Shown here piece after piece: positions 1 through 8,179 of a stretch of DNA of 64,000 bases (position 1 is its first letter; each line of letters begins with the position of its first letter). The translations under genes were made by a program, and so were the position numbers. Below the pieces are notes generated by a model, which ran no database searches, was not told the DNA's origin, and was given only the letters and a program-made list of their open reading frames with translations. The stretch is taken from sequence record KY555144.1; one strand, written 5' to 3'.

Positions 1-426
1 CTGGAGGCGCGACTTGCCGGCTTGCCGGGGCGCGACGAGGAGGTCTCCCAGGCCCAGGGTGGTGTCCTCGATGATCTTGAGGTCGTTCCAGGACGTCGCG
101 TGCGTGGTGACGCTCCCCACCGGCGAGGCGGGGTCGACCCCGAGGATCATCTTGCCGATCTTGTGGTCGAACGCCGCCACGATCTGCTCGATCTTCGAGA
201 GCGGCGCGGTGTCGTCGAGCGGATAGGCCACGTCGAGCGTGCTCGACGGCAGCGGCGGCTTGGCGTAGGCTTCCCGCAGCTTCATGAGCGCGTCGGCCGC
301 CTTGCCGGTTGGGGCGATGACCTGGGCGATCGCCGTTTCCGGCGGACGGGCGGTCTTGCCGCCCAGGCCCAGATTGCTCAGGAAGGCCGGCTCAGGCGGA
401 ACGGAGGGGGACGACAGGCTGATCAC
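1..426 (-). CDS. hypothetical protein, runs off the left edge
   Basis: Open frame from GTG at 426 to base 1 with phage-typical codons (VISLSSPSVPPEPAFLSNLG...); absent from the ORF track because it has no stop in the window. Confidence 0.65.
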   Translation of the reverse strand, partial: MISLSSPSVPPEPAFLSNLGLGGKTARPPETAIAQVIAPTGKAADALMKLREAYAKPPLPSSTLDVAYPLDDTAPLSKIEQIVAAFDHKIGKMILGVDPASPVGSVTTHATSWNDLKIIEDTTLGLGDLLVAPRQAGKSRLQ

Positions 427-1030
427 CTCGGAGATAGAGGGGATGGCGCGGGTGGCCGTCCTTGGACTTCCCGAGGCACTTGACCTCGACCCCGGTGATT
501 TCCGCCTGTTGGACCGCGCCATAATCCTGATCCTTGAACTCTCCATGCACGCCCCAGGCGGCGATCACGTCGGCGCCGGCGGTCATGGCATATTCGAACA
601 CGTGCTGGAGGACGCGGGCGTTCATCGGCCCGATCGGGTCCTCGGCGGCCTTCATCTCCGCCGGCGAGGGCGAGCGGAAGGCGAAGAGATTGGCGACGAT
701 GATCCCGCCATAGTCGTCCCGACGCGCGAAGCCCATGCAGCGGCGGATCGTCGGATCGTCCAGCCGCGCCGTCGCGGTCGACGGGTTCAGCATCAGGAAG
801 ATCAGCAGCGGCTTGCCAGGGTCCCAGACCCGCATGAGGAGATAGCGGAAGGTCTCGCACCGCGACAGCAGGGCGGCCTTGATCACGCCATCCTCCACCA
901 CCGCGTCGCCGTAGACATCGGTCAGGTCGGGATCGAACACGGCCTCCAGCGAGGTTCCGTCCAGGACCTGGAGCAGGCCCTTCCAGGTGGCTTCCACCGC
1001 CTCGGCGGTGATCTGGGGTGCTGTCGTCAT
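392..1030 (-). CDS. DUF1643 family protein
   Basis: RYLLMRVWD, LNPSTA, DDPTIRRC, NLFAFRS, HPRHPLY motifs; start moved to ATG 1030 because the track's TTG 1066 is the -35 box. Confidence 0.88.
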   Translation of the reverse strand: MTTAPQITAEAVEATWKGLLQVLDGTSLEAVFDPDLTDVYGDAVVEDGVIKAALLSRCETFRYLLMRVWDPGKPLLIFLMLNPSTATARLDDPTIRRCMGFARRDDYGGIIVANLFAFRSPSPAEMKAAEDPIGPMNARVLQHVFEYAMTAGADVIAAWGVHGEFKDQDYGAVQQAEITGVEVKCLGKSKDGHPRHPLYLRGDQPVVPLRSA

Positions 1031-1069
1031 TCCTGACATTTGCCTTGAAACGCCGGGGCCTGTCAACGC
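1031..1069 (-). promoter_or_regulatory. sigma70-like promoter, probably leaderless, for DUF1643
   Basis: GCG-TTGACA (1066-1061), weak -10 (CAAATG), then ATG-ACG-ACA-GC, which contains the family leader motif GACGACAGC. Confidence 0.5.
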
Positions 1070-1077
1070 TTGAAATC

Positions 1078-1107
1078 AAAAGGGCCGCCCCAGCGGGACG
1101 GCCCTTT
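1078..1107 (-). terminator. intrinsic terminator
   Basis: Minus strand AAAGGGCCGTCCCGCTGGGGCGGCCCTTTT: GC stem followed by a U tract. Confidence 0.8.
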
Positions 1108-1296
1108 CTCGATCTTGTCGAACTTCGCCGATCCGAAACCGGGGCTTCCCGGCGACCGCCTCGGAGTTCGACCTTGTAGCGCCTCTAACGCTTGCCCCGC
1201 GTCGCGGCTTGGGAGCACCGAGCCTTGACGCTGATCTAGTGGGCGGCAGGTGATCGCGGCGGTCATTGCCTCCTTCAAGGGCGAGGCCCTCTCATG
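1078..1296 (-). ncRNA. candidate structured ncRNA (~215 nt)
   Basis: Bounded by a TTGACG-17-TAAGCT promoter and an intrinsic terminator; several helices can be drawn (GACCGCC/GGCGGUC, GCCGGG-AAGC-CCCGGU, AGCGU/GCGCU); no credible ORF ends before the terminator. Confidence 0.45.
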
Positions 1297-1332
1297 CCCG
1301 CGCAGCTTAGGCGGCGGCGCGGATCACGTCAA
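1296..1332 (-). promoter_or_regulatory. sigma70-like promoter upstream of the candidate ncRNA
   Basis: TTGACG (1332-1327), 17 nt, TAAGCT (1309-1304). Confidence 0.6.
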
Positions 1333-1712
1333 TCCCCCGGATAGCTGGCGCAGACCTCGCGCAGGATAGAGCGCAGCGGCTCGCCCGGCACCGCCAGGGG
1401 CTTGAGCTTGCGGCTCTCGTCCCAGGCCATGGCGTTGGCGTGCAGAAGCCAGAGCACGAAGGCGCGCAGGTCCTTGACCCCGTCGGGCAGCGGGATGCCG
1501 CGCGCGGTGGGGACGTGGAAGACCCGCCCATCATCCGTGTACGCGAGAACCTCGTCGAGCACCGTGGCCCGCTTCTTAGCTTCGGCGAGGACAGCGACAC
1601 CCTTCTGGAACTCACTGACCTGGATGAGCGCCCGGCGCTCCTTAGGGAAGTGGGTCTTGGTCCACCAGGAGGGCTTGCTGTTTGAGGACACGGTTACGCT
1701 CCAGGAGGGCAC
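1329..1712 (-). CDS. hypothetical protein (start uncertain)
   Basis: 127-aa ORF co-directional with the operon; its TGA lies inside the next -35 box. Confidence 0.6.
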   Translation of the reverse strand: MPSWSVTVSSNSKPSWWTKTHFPKERRALIQVSEFQKGVAVLAEAKKRATVLDEVLAYTDDGRVFHVPTARGIPLPDGVKDLRAFVLWLLHANAMAWDESRKLKPLAVPGEPLRSILREVCASYPGD

Positions 1713-1905
1713 GCAGCGAGGGGATGTCGCCGTCCGCCATCTGGTAGAGGCGGACGAACTCGTCGTAGTCGTACTCGTTGATGAGGTCCCGCATCGCCTG
1801 CGGGAGCTTGTCGATGGTCTTGAAGAGCCGGCGCCTATAGCGCTGGGCCTCCATGCGCCGGCGGATGGCGGCGTGGCGCGTCTTGGCCGCCCGAACGCGC
1901 CGCAT
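1642..1905 (-). CDS. hypothetical basic protein
   Basis: MRRVRAAKTRH...; ATG overlaps the upstream stop. Confidence 0.7.
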   Translation of the reverse strand: MRRVRAAKTRHAAIRRRMEAQRYRRRLFKTIDKLPQAMRDLINEYDYDEFVRLYQMADGDIPSLRALLERNRVLKQQALLVDQDPLP

Positions 1906-2414
1906 CAGGCCGCCGGGGCGATCCAGTCCTCGCGGTCGTCGGCGTAGAGCACCGCCGCCAGCTTCCCCGTGCCGATGTCGCACTTGGCCGCCGCCTCGAC
2001 CGCCTGGGGCGCGGTGGCCCCCATGTGGAGCGCGCCCAAGGCCGACCACGTGCCCGAGCCGAAGGCGTAGAACGGCGCGCGCATGGTGTAGGCCGGCGCG
2101 CCGCTCTCGAACCGCAGGCAGAGACCGTCGGGCAGGATGATGTAGCCGTTGGTCTCCTTGTCCGGCTTCTCGGGGCGCCCCATGTCGCAGTAGGCGTCGC
2201 GCCCGCCGCTGGCCAGCCACTCGTCGAAGGCCGGCGAGCGCACCCAGTCGTTGAAGATTTGGACGTAGGCCGATTCGCCCGCCGCGCCGAACAGCAGCGT
2301 GCCGCCGGGACCCTTGCGCTTGCCGATCTTCTGGACATTCCCGCAGGGCGTCCAGAGGTCGAGAACCCGAGCATCGGCGGCCAGCACGCCGTCGCGATAG
2401 ACGATACACGTCAT
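1905..2414 (-). CDS. Ntn-hydrolase (HslV/proteasome-beta-like) protein
   Basis: N-terminal M-T-C-I-V...LAAD, K in GNVQKI, and GSG..ALGAL..GA...AV..A..D pattern typical of Thr-nucleophile Ntn hydrolases. Confidence 0.72.
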   Translation of the reverse strand: MTCIVYRDGVLAADARVLDLWTPCGNVQKIGKRKGPGGTLLFGAAGESAYVQIFNDWVRSPAFDEWLASGGRDAYCDMGRPEKPDKETNGYIILPDGLCLRFESGAPAYTMRAPFYAFGSGTWSALGALHMGATAPQAVEAAAKCDIGTGKLAAVLYADDREDWIAPAA

Positions 2415-2444
2415 ACGTCCAAACTCCTCAAAAGCAACTTCAGA

Positions 2445-3137
2445 TCAGCGCGGGGCTTGCGGCAGGCGCTTGGCCGCCGGGTTCCGGGCCGAGCCCGTGG
2501 TCGGACCCGCCAGACGCCCGACCTTCTCGGCCTTGAAGCCCTCGGGGCGCAGGGGCGTGCGAGACTTGCCCGACGCGGCGGACCGCTCCTTGACGAGGTC
2601 ATCGCCGCCCTGGGTCTGGGGCGTGGCGTCCTTGAGCACGCCGCCCTTGCGGTCGACGTTCGGGGCGTTGACCGACTGGACCTGCCCGTTGGCGCCGGCC
2701 GCGATCTGACGCGTCGTCAGATCGACCAGGGCGTCGGCGAAGGCCGACAGCAGGGCCAGGGCGGAGTCCTCGACCGGCTTGGCCGAAACGCCGGTGAAGC
2801 CGGTGTCTTCGTGCTTGGCCTTGCCGCTGATCCGCACCGAGATCAGCCGGGTCTTCTTGTTTCGGAACAGGCCCGAGACCTGCTCGCGGGTCGAGACGTC
2901 GACGCGGGCGCCGGGCGCGACCGTTTCCAGAAGGCCCAGGGTGGCGTAGTAGCTGTTGACGAAATTGAGGGCCGAGCCCTTGGGATGGCCGGCGGCGGCG
3001 GCGATCTTGGCGAAGCCGTTGTCGATCACGGTGCTCGCGAGGTTGGTCGGATAGGACTCGCTCAGCAGGGTGTTGACCTGGGTCTTCAGGGTCTTCAGTT
3101 GGTTGATGTCCAGGGTGAGGGCGCGCTTGGCGACCAT
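2445..3137 (-). CDS. hypothetical protein
   Basis: 230-aa ORF, SD GGAG, strong codon bias, basic low-complexity C-terminus. Confidence 0.85.
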   Translation of the reverse strand: MVAKRALTLDINQLKTLKTQVNTLLSESYPTNLASTVIDNGFAKIAAAAGHPKGSALNFVNSYYATLGLLETVAPGARVDVSTREQVSGLFRNKKTRLISVRISGKAKHEDTGFTGVSAKPVEDSALALLSAFADALVDLTTRQIAAGANGQVQSVNAPNVDRKGGVLKDATPQTQGGDDLVKERSAASGKSRTPLRPEGFKAEKVGRLAGPTTGSARNPAAKRLPQAPR

Positions 3138-3147
3138 GGTCTTTCTC

Positions 3148-3684
3148 CTAGTCCTGCTCGTCGATCTGGCGAGCGCGTTGAGTGTTACCGTGGCGATAAT
3201 CGTTCCAGTGGTCCATCTTGACGAACTTCCCGCCCACCGTGCGTTGGACGAAAATCCCGTCCGGGGAGACCAGCCCGTATTTCTCGTCCGCCTCGTTGAT
3301 CATGCGGAAGAACTCCGCCTGCCAGGGGATCGGCATCTCCTGGAGCGACACGCGTGGCAGGCAGAGCCAGGAGGCGTAGGAGAGCCCGAAGAAGTAGCTC
3401 GACGGGGTGTCATGCAGCGGCACGTCGCCGGCGTAGTGCGTCACGTGTCCGGTCTTAGGATCGCGCGCCGAATGGCTCCAGGCGGCCCAGAGATCGCGGC
3501 GGCTGGCCTCGGCGTCGGCCTGACCCCGGATGATCGCCTGGACGTCCGGAGTATAGCCCGAGAAGGCGGTGGTGTCGTTCTCGTCCAGGCAGTCAGCCAG
3601 GGCCGCGCGCAGGGCCGATCGCAGCTTGTCCTCGGTCAAGGTCGCGTCGTCGGCGATCTGGGCGATACGGTCGCGGAAGGTCAT
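3148..3684 (-). CDS. hypothetical protein
   Basis: MTFRDRIAQ...; ATG overlaps the upstream stop. Confidence 0.8.
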   Translation of the reverse strand: MTFRDRIAQIADDATLTEDKLRSALRAALADCLDENDTTAFSGYTPDVQAIIRGQADAEASRRDLWAAWSHSARDPKTGHVTHYAGDVPLHDTPSSYFFGLSYASWLCLPRVSLQEMPIPWQAEFFRMINEADEKYGLVSPDGIFVQRTVGGKFVKMDHWNDYRHGNTQRARQIDEQD

Positions 3685-4109
3685 TGGCAGACGTCCTTGG
3701 CGTCGCGCGCGGTCACGGGCGACATGTAGGTGTCGGGGTCCCAGGCGCCGGGCGTGCTGCCGCCATAGATATAATCGCCCGGCGCGGGCGGCGTCATCGA
3801 CCCGCCGTTGCTGGCGACCTTGCCCGGATTGGCGTAGGCCGAGAGCCACAGACGCCCGTCGCTGCCCCGCAAGACGAATTGGCCGTTCTGGCGGCAGACG
3901 CGGGCGATGGTCATGCGCCATGCGTAGTTGAGCTTGGCCTTCTTGGCGGCCTCGTCCCGCAACCACTGTTCATGCCCCAGGCGCGCCCAGCGCGCCTTCT
4001 TGGCCACGAGGTCCTTGTGCTCCTGCGACCAGAGAGGGTGGTTGTACTCGTCGCACGCCGAAAGGCTGATCCCGGCGATGACAAGCAGGAGGAGAGCGCC
4101 GCGCCGCAT
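3681..4109 (-). CDS. putative lipoprotein
   Basis: MRRGALLLLVIAGISLSA-C: basic N-terminus, hydrophobic stretch, lipobox LSAC. Confidence 0.72.
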   Translation of the reverse strand: MRRGALLLLVIAGISLSACDEYNHPLWSQEHKDLVAKKARWARLGHEQWLRDEAAKKAKLNYAWRMTIARVCRQNGQFVLRGSDGRLWLSAYANPGKVASNGGSMTPPAPGDYIYGGSTPGAWDPDTYMSPVTARDAKDVCQ

Positions 4110-5539
4110 CAGGCGATCTCGTAGCCGGCCGCGACCCGTTCGCGGATTTGGTCCAGGGTCGCCGGCTCCAGCACCTTGCCGGTGTTGAAGACCTCGTCCA
4201 GCAGGTCGTGCTCGACCACATCGCCCTCGTGGACCGTGATGGTCTCGAAGCGGCCGTCCTCGGTCGTCACCAGGGCCAGCTTGCCCTTCTTGGAGACCTT
4301 GCCCGGATCGGTGATCGGGTCCTTGTAGATTTCGACCCACTCGCCGTTGATCTCCTGGGCCGAGGACTTCATCGCCCACTTGTTGGTGTCGCGGTCCAGG
4401 TCGCCCGTCGCCAGACCGCCGCCGGCGGCCGTGATGATGCTGTCGGGCGCGACGCCGATGTTGCGGGCCAGGATGAACGGGTCCATGTGGGTGTTCTCGT
4501 TCATGCCGTCGCCCTGGAGGACCTTGGCACCCAGGTTCAGCACGTCCAGGCCGTGGCTGTTCTTCTGGGTCCCGAAACCGGCGGCCAGGGTCTGGACGAC
4601 CGGCGGGATGACCTTGAAGAGGTCGCCCGAATCCGGGCGGCAGACCGGGGTCAGGTTCTTGTTGGCGATCAGTTCCTTGCGCTCGGTCAGCTTGCCGGCG
4701 AAGCGGAAGATGTCCCAGGTGTCACCGACCAGCGAGACGATCGAGCCGGGAGGCGCCTTGTTCAGGCAGTGGTCGATATAGTCATCGTCGTTGTCGCGCC
4801 CGAACGCGCACGAGATCGAGTGCTCCGAGGCCAGGACCGAATAGCCCGACATCTCGCTGAAGTAGTTGATATTCGCCGCCCGCACGGCGGGGACGTTGTC
4901 CGAGCCCTGGAAGTGGAAGAGGTGGGCGATGCCGGCCAGGACCGAGTGATCATAGCCCATGGTCCCGCGCGAGGAGAAGTCGAGGAAGGCGAACGGCGAC
5001 ATCGGGGTGTCGCTGTTGGCTTCCCAGAAGCTCTTGATCCGCGTGGCGATGCCGTTGACGCGCGCGGCGATCGTCGAGGCCGTCCAGACGTCGCGCAGGA
5101 TCATGGTCTCGAAGTAGGAGGTCAGCCAGGGCAGGCGCGGGTCGAGGTTCTCGACCGAGATCAGCGCGTTGCGGATCGGGATCATCACGCCCTCGGGCGC
5201 GGCCTTGATCCGCAGCGGGAGATAGCCGCCGTACTCGTTCAGGATGATCTCCCAGCCGTCGCGGTTGAACGGCAGGCCGTGGGCCGGCACGAACGCGGCC
5301 ATCTCCTCGACGTTGGCGCGGGTGACCGGCTTGCCGAGCTTCTGGAAGAGCAGGCGCTGGAACGCCGCCAGCATCACCTTGGGATAGCGCCCGCCCCGGC
5401 TCTCGATGTAGCTGTAGACGGTGGTGCAGCCGTCGCGATAGAGCACCCAGTGCCCCAGCTTGTAGCTGTCGGTGTCGGCGATCAGATTGTAGGTCTCGAC
5501 GGGCGGCGTGCCGTCCCAGTTGGCGAGGTCAAAGGCCAT
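4109..5539 (-). CDS. nadV: nicotinamide phosphoribosyltransferase (NAMPT)
   Basis: DSYK..H, YSYIESRGG, DFSSRG, ASEHS, RPDSGD, QGDG, RDT..WAMK, KDPITDPGKVSKKG motifs. Confidence 0.95.
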   Translation of the reverse strand: MAFDLANWDGTPPVETYNLIADTDSYKLGHWVLYRDGCTTVYSYIESRGGRYPKVMLAAFQRLLFQKLGKPVTRANVEEMAAFVPAHGLPFNRDGWEIILNEYGGYLPLRIKAAPEGVMIPIRNALISVENLDPRLPWLTSYFETMILRDVWTASTIAARVNGIATRIKSFWEANSDTPMSPFAFLDFSSRGTMGYDHSVLAGIAHLFHFQGSDNVPAVRAANINYFSEMSGYSVLASEHSISCAFGRDNDDDYIDHCLNKAPPGSIVSLVGDTWDIFRFAGKLTERKELIANKNLTPVCRPDSGDLFKVIPPVVQTLAAGFGTQKNSHGLDVLNLGAKVLQGDGMNENTHMDPFILARNIGVAPDSIITAAGGGLATGDLDRDTNKWAMKSSAQEINGEWVEIYKDPITDPGKVSKKGKLALVTTEDGRFETITVHEGDVVEHDLLDEVFNTGKVLEPATLDQIRERVAAGYEIA

Positions 5540-5553
5540 GATGAGGTCCCCCT

Positions 5554-6795
5554 TTAAGCGTTGAGGCTGAGCATGCGGTCCACGATGAAGGCGTGGTCCT
5601 CGAAGGTGTCGCCGGGGTCGATCTCCGAGATCGGGTCCCAGTCGGCGGCGGCGGCGTCGTCATGGCCCTGCACGTGCGGCAGACCCAGGCCCAGAGGCGG
5701 GGGCGGCAGGACGAAGTGATAGGCCGTGGAGATGATGTGGGCGCGCCGCGAGCGGTGCGGGTCGTCGAACACCTGCGGATCGCCGATCTGATAGCGGCGC
5801 AGCAGGTGCATCGCCTTCAGCACGCAGTCGGGCGCCGGCGGGGCGGCGGACTTGGTCTTCTCGGCCGCCTTGCTCGCTTTCAGCCACGCGCGGTACTCCG
5901 GAAGGTGGGCGGGCGGGAGGAACAGCGCCGTCTCCTCGATCACCTCGCGCAGGCAGTTGTCCATCAGCGAGCGACCGGCGTTGACGAAGCCGCCCGGCAG
6001 GGCCTTCATCCCAAAGCCCTCGGGGCCGCCGCGCCGGATGCGCAGGATGTGACCGGCGCACTCGACGACCGCGTCCACCGCCAGGAAGGGGCCAGCGCCC
6101 CAGCGTTCGCGATAGGCGTCCTCGGCCTTCTTCTGCGACATCAGATAGGCGTATTCCGGGCGGTCCCGGAACCGCTCCAGGAAATCGATCGTGCTCGGGT
6201 AGAGGAGATCGGTCCAGGCGTAGCCGTTGTCGCTCCACGAGGTGTCGCGGAAGTTGACGGCGCCGGCGAAATAGGCCTTGCGCAGGGCGGTGGCGTTGAC
6301 CCCGTTGTCCTCGACCGGGGTGTAGGGCCATTGCGGGAACCACGTCAGATACTCGCTGGTGGCGTCGCGGATGTTGCCGATCAGGGTGACGCGCGGACGC
6401 AGGACCTTGGAGGCGTTCTTGACGTGCTGCTGGACCTGGGCGATCCACTCGTTCTTCCCGTAGGGGCCGGTGTCATTGAGCGCGATCACCTCGGTGCGGC
6501 TCAGGAGATCAAGCACGAGGGCGGCGTGATCGCCCACTCGGCTCTCGACGGTCTCGGCCTCGCGGCCGGCGTCGGCCTCTTCCTGGGCCAGATCGCTGAG
6601 CCCGTTCAGGATCATCTCCTGGCGCTCGCGGAAGGTGAAGGGGTTGCGGGTGTCGCGGGCGAGATTGGCCGAACCGACGAACCACAGGACCTTGCGGGCC
6701 TTGCGGCGCGCGGCCTGGAAGAGGCGGAAGTGACCCATCTTGGTCACCAACTGTCCCCGCGTGATCAGCACCGCGATGTCGTATTCGAAGTCCAC
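5554..6795 (-). CDS. nadM: bifunctional NMN adenylyltransferase / Nudix hydrolase (NadM-Nudix-like)
   Basis: N-terminal nucleotidyltransferase (VGSAN, RNPFTFRER, ATALRKAYF) plus Nudix box (LPGGF...REVIEET) and FEDH end; adjacent to NAMPT. Confidence 0.9.
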   Translation of the reverse strand: MDFEYDIAVLITRGQLVTKMGHFRLFQAARRKARKVLWFVGSANLARDTRNPFTFRERQEMILNGLSDLAQEEADAGREAETVESRVGDHAALVLDLLSRTEVIALNDTGPYGKNEWIAQVQQHVKNASKVLRPRVTLIGNIRDATSEYLTWFPQWPYTPVEDNGVNATALRKAYFAGAVNFRDTSWSDNGYAWTDLLYPSTIDFLERFRDRPEYAYLMSQKKAEDAYRERWGAGPFLAVDAVVECAGHILRIRRGGPEGFGMKALPGGFVNAGRSLMDNCLREVIEETALFLPPAHLPEYRAWLKASKAAEKTKSAAPPAPDCVLKAMHLLRRYQIGDPQVFDDPHRSRRAHIISTAYHFVLPPPPLGLGLPHVQGHDDAAAADWDPISEIDPGDTFEDHAFIVDRMLSLNA

Positions 6796-7223
6796 TATCG
6801 CTTACCCCTCATTCTGAAGCCGGGCCGGATGCGCCGGATCGGCTTGTTCTCGTCCAGGGAGCGACCCCCATAGCCGCTCAACTCGCTGAAACCGTTCATG
6901 CGCACCGCGAACCGGCGCGTCTTGACGGTCAACTGGTCGCGCTCGAAACCGCGCTCGACCAGCGTCAGGTCGACGACGTCGCCGAACACCTCCCCGTGGA
7001 AGATGCGCCGCCGCGCCCAGGCGATCGCCGCCCCGAGGTGCGGAAATTCCCGGCGCCGCTCGGCATCCCGGATCGAGACGCCGTCGGCATAGCTGGCGTC
7101 GACCCAGTCCAGTTTGACCTCGCGGCGCGGCGCGGTCACCTTCTTGAACTCGATCGGCGGCGACGGTTGGCCCAGGCCACCCGTCTCGATGTCAAAAACC
7201 GTGTAGGTGATTGTCTCCGTCAT
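6795..7223 (-). CDS. hypothetical protein, probably leaderless
   Basis: ATG 8 nt after a -10 box; stop overlaps the nadM start. Confidence 0.75.
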   Translation of the reverse strand: MTETITYTVFDIETGGLGQPSPPIEFKKVTAPRREVKLDWVDASYADGVSIRDAERRREFPHLGAAIAWARRRIFHGEVFGDVVDLTLVERGFERDQLTVKTRRFAVRMNGFSELSGYGGRSLDENKPIRRIRPGFRMRGKR

Positions 7224-7264
7224 GCCTCGCGACACTACGCTTTGGGTTCTTGTATTGTCAACAC
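7224..7264 (-). promoter_or_regulatory. family promoter, leaderless type (drives the NAD operon)
   Basis: GTG-TTGACA (7261-7256), 18 nt, TAGTGT, 8 nt, ATG. Confidence 0.7.
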
Positions 7265-7265
7265 A

Positions 7266-7739
7266 TCACTTCAGGAGCTTGAGGGCCGGGGCGTGATATT
7301 TGAACCCCGCCTCGCTGATCGGCCCCACGCCCACGAAGGTGATGGTCGGCTTGCCGAACACCGTGCGGCCCGCGTCGAGGACGAGGGTCGCGCCGGCATG
7401 GTCGCGGAACCGCTCATAGAGGGCTTCCAACTCGGCGCTGGTCCCGGTGTGGAGCGCGATCTTCACGGCCGACTGCGAGTAGCGGTATTGCCGCGCGATC
7501 CTGGGGAACCGCTCCATGGCGTCCCACCACGCATGGAGGTAGGCGTGGCCGGCCTGAGCCGCGAGCTTGCCCAGGTTTAGGGATTTCTCGTCCGGCTTGC
7601 GGCGGTTCTTGGCCACGGTCATCGCGTCGAGCGCTTCCTGGCTCACGACGGCGTAGAGGCGCAATTCGGCCTTAGGCTTGCCGGCGAAGACCGCCAGCAG
7701 CGAGTCCCAGGCATTGCGCCAAGCGTCGATCACGTTCAT
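7266..7739 (-). CDS. peptidyl-tRNA hydrolase, PTH2 family
   Basis: GKLAAQAGHA, KIAL, LVLDAGRTVF, T.VGVGP motifs. Confidence 0.85.
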   Translation of the reverse strand: MNVIDAWRNAWDSLLAVFAGKPKAELRLYAVVSQEALDAMTVAKNRRKPDEKSLNLGKLAAQAGHAYLHAWWDAMERFPRIARQYRYSQSAVKIALHTGTSAELEALYERFRDHAGATLVLDAGRTVFGKPTITFVGVGPISEAGFKYHAPALKLLK

Positions 7740-8179
7740 GAAAAGCGGCTTTCGTAGGAGGCCTCCAGGGCGATCGCCGCGTCGAAGGCGACGTCGATGA
7801 GGTCCTCGTGCATGAGAACATCGAAGGAGCGGTCGACCCGGAGGGCGAACTGGGCTTCCATCGAGCGGTTGAAGGCCAGGAGGTCCTTGTGGAGCCCTGC
7901 CATGCGGTCCAGGAGCTTGATCGCATAGACGTCCGGCCCGAAGGTCCCTCGCGTCTGATGCAGGCGCTTCTTGACGTCGTTGATCGTCTCCCAGGACTTG
8001 ACTTTCAAGTCCTCCATGAGGTCGGCCTGCTGCTCGACCCGGATCAGGTGGCGCAGCAGGCGCCGGAGCCGGGCCTGGATTTGATCAGGCGGGGCCGACG
8101 GCGGAGGAGCGCGACACTCCTCCGCCTCGGTGGCGATCATCTGCCGCGCCCGGTTGACGCAGTCGAGGATCGAAGCCAT
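7736..8179 (-). CDS. hypothetical helical protein
   Basis: 147-aa ORF coupled to both neighbours. Confidence 0.75.
   Translation of the reverse strand: MASILDCVNRARQMIATEAEECRAPPPSAPPDQIQARLRRLLRHLIRVEQQADLMEDLKVKSWETINDVKKRLHQTRGTFGPDVYAIKLLDRMAGLHKDLLAFNRSMEAQFALRVDRSFDVLMHEDLIDVAFDAAIALEASYESRFS

Noticed and set aside
1113-1180. GTTCGA-containing segments as tRNA/tmRNA T-arms; GGGAAG as a cobalamin riboswitch box
   Set aside because: No 5-bp T-stem closing with C61, no cloverleaf or CCA end, no tag ORF, and no GCCACTG or other B12 elements.
1063-1278. 71-aa ORF MKEAMTAAITC... as a protein gene
   Set aside because: Atypical codons, very short SD-ATG spacing, and it runs through an intrinsic terminator into the next -35 box; treated as a candidate ncRNA instead.
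3066-3080. GTGTTGACC on the plus strand as another family promoter
   Set aside because: It is inside and antisense to a coding gene, with no upstream TGGC, no -10 at 17 nt and no leader tag.
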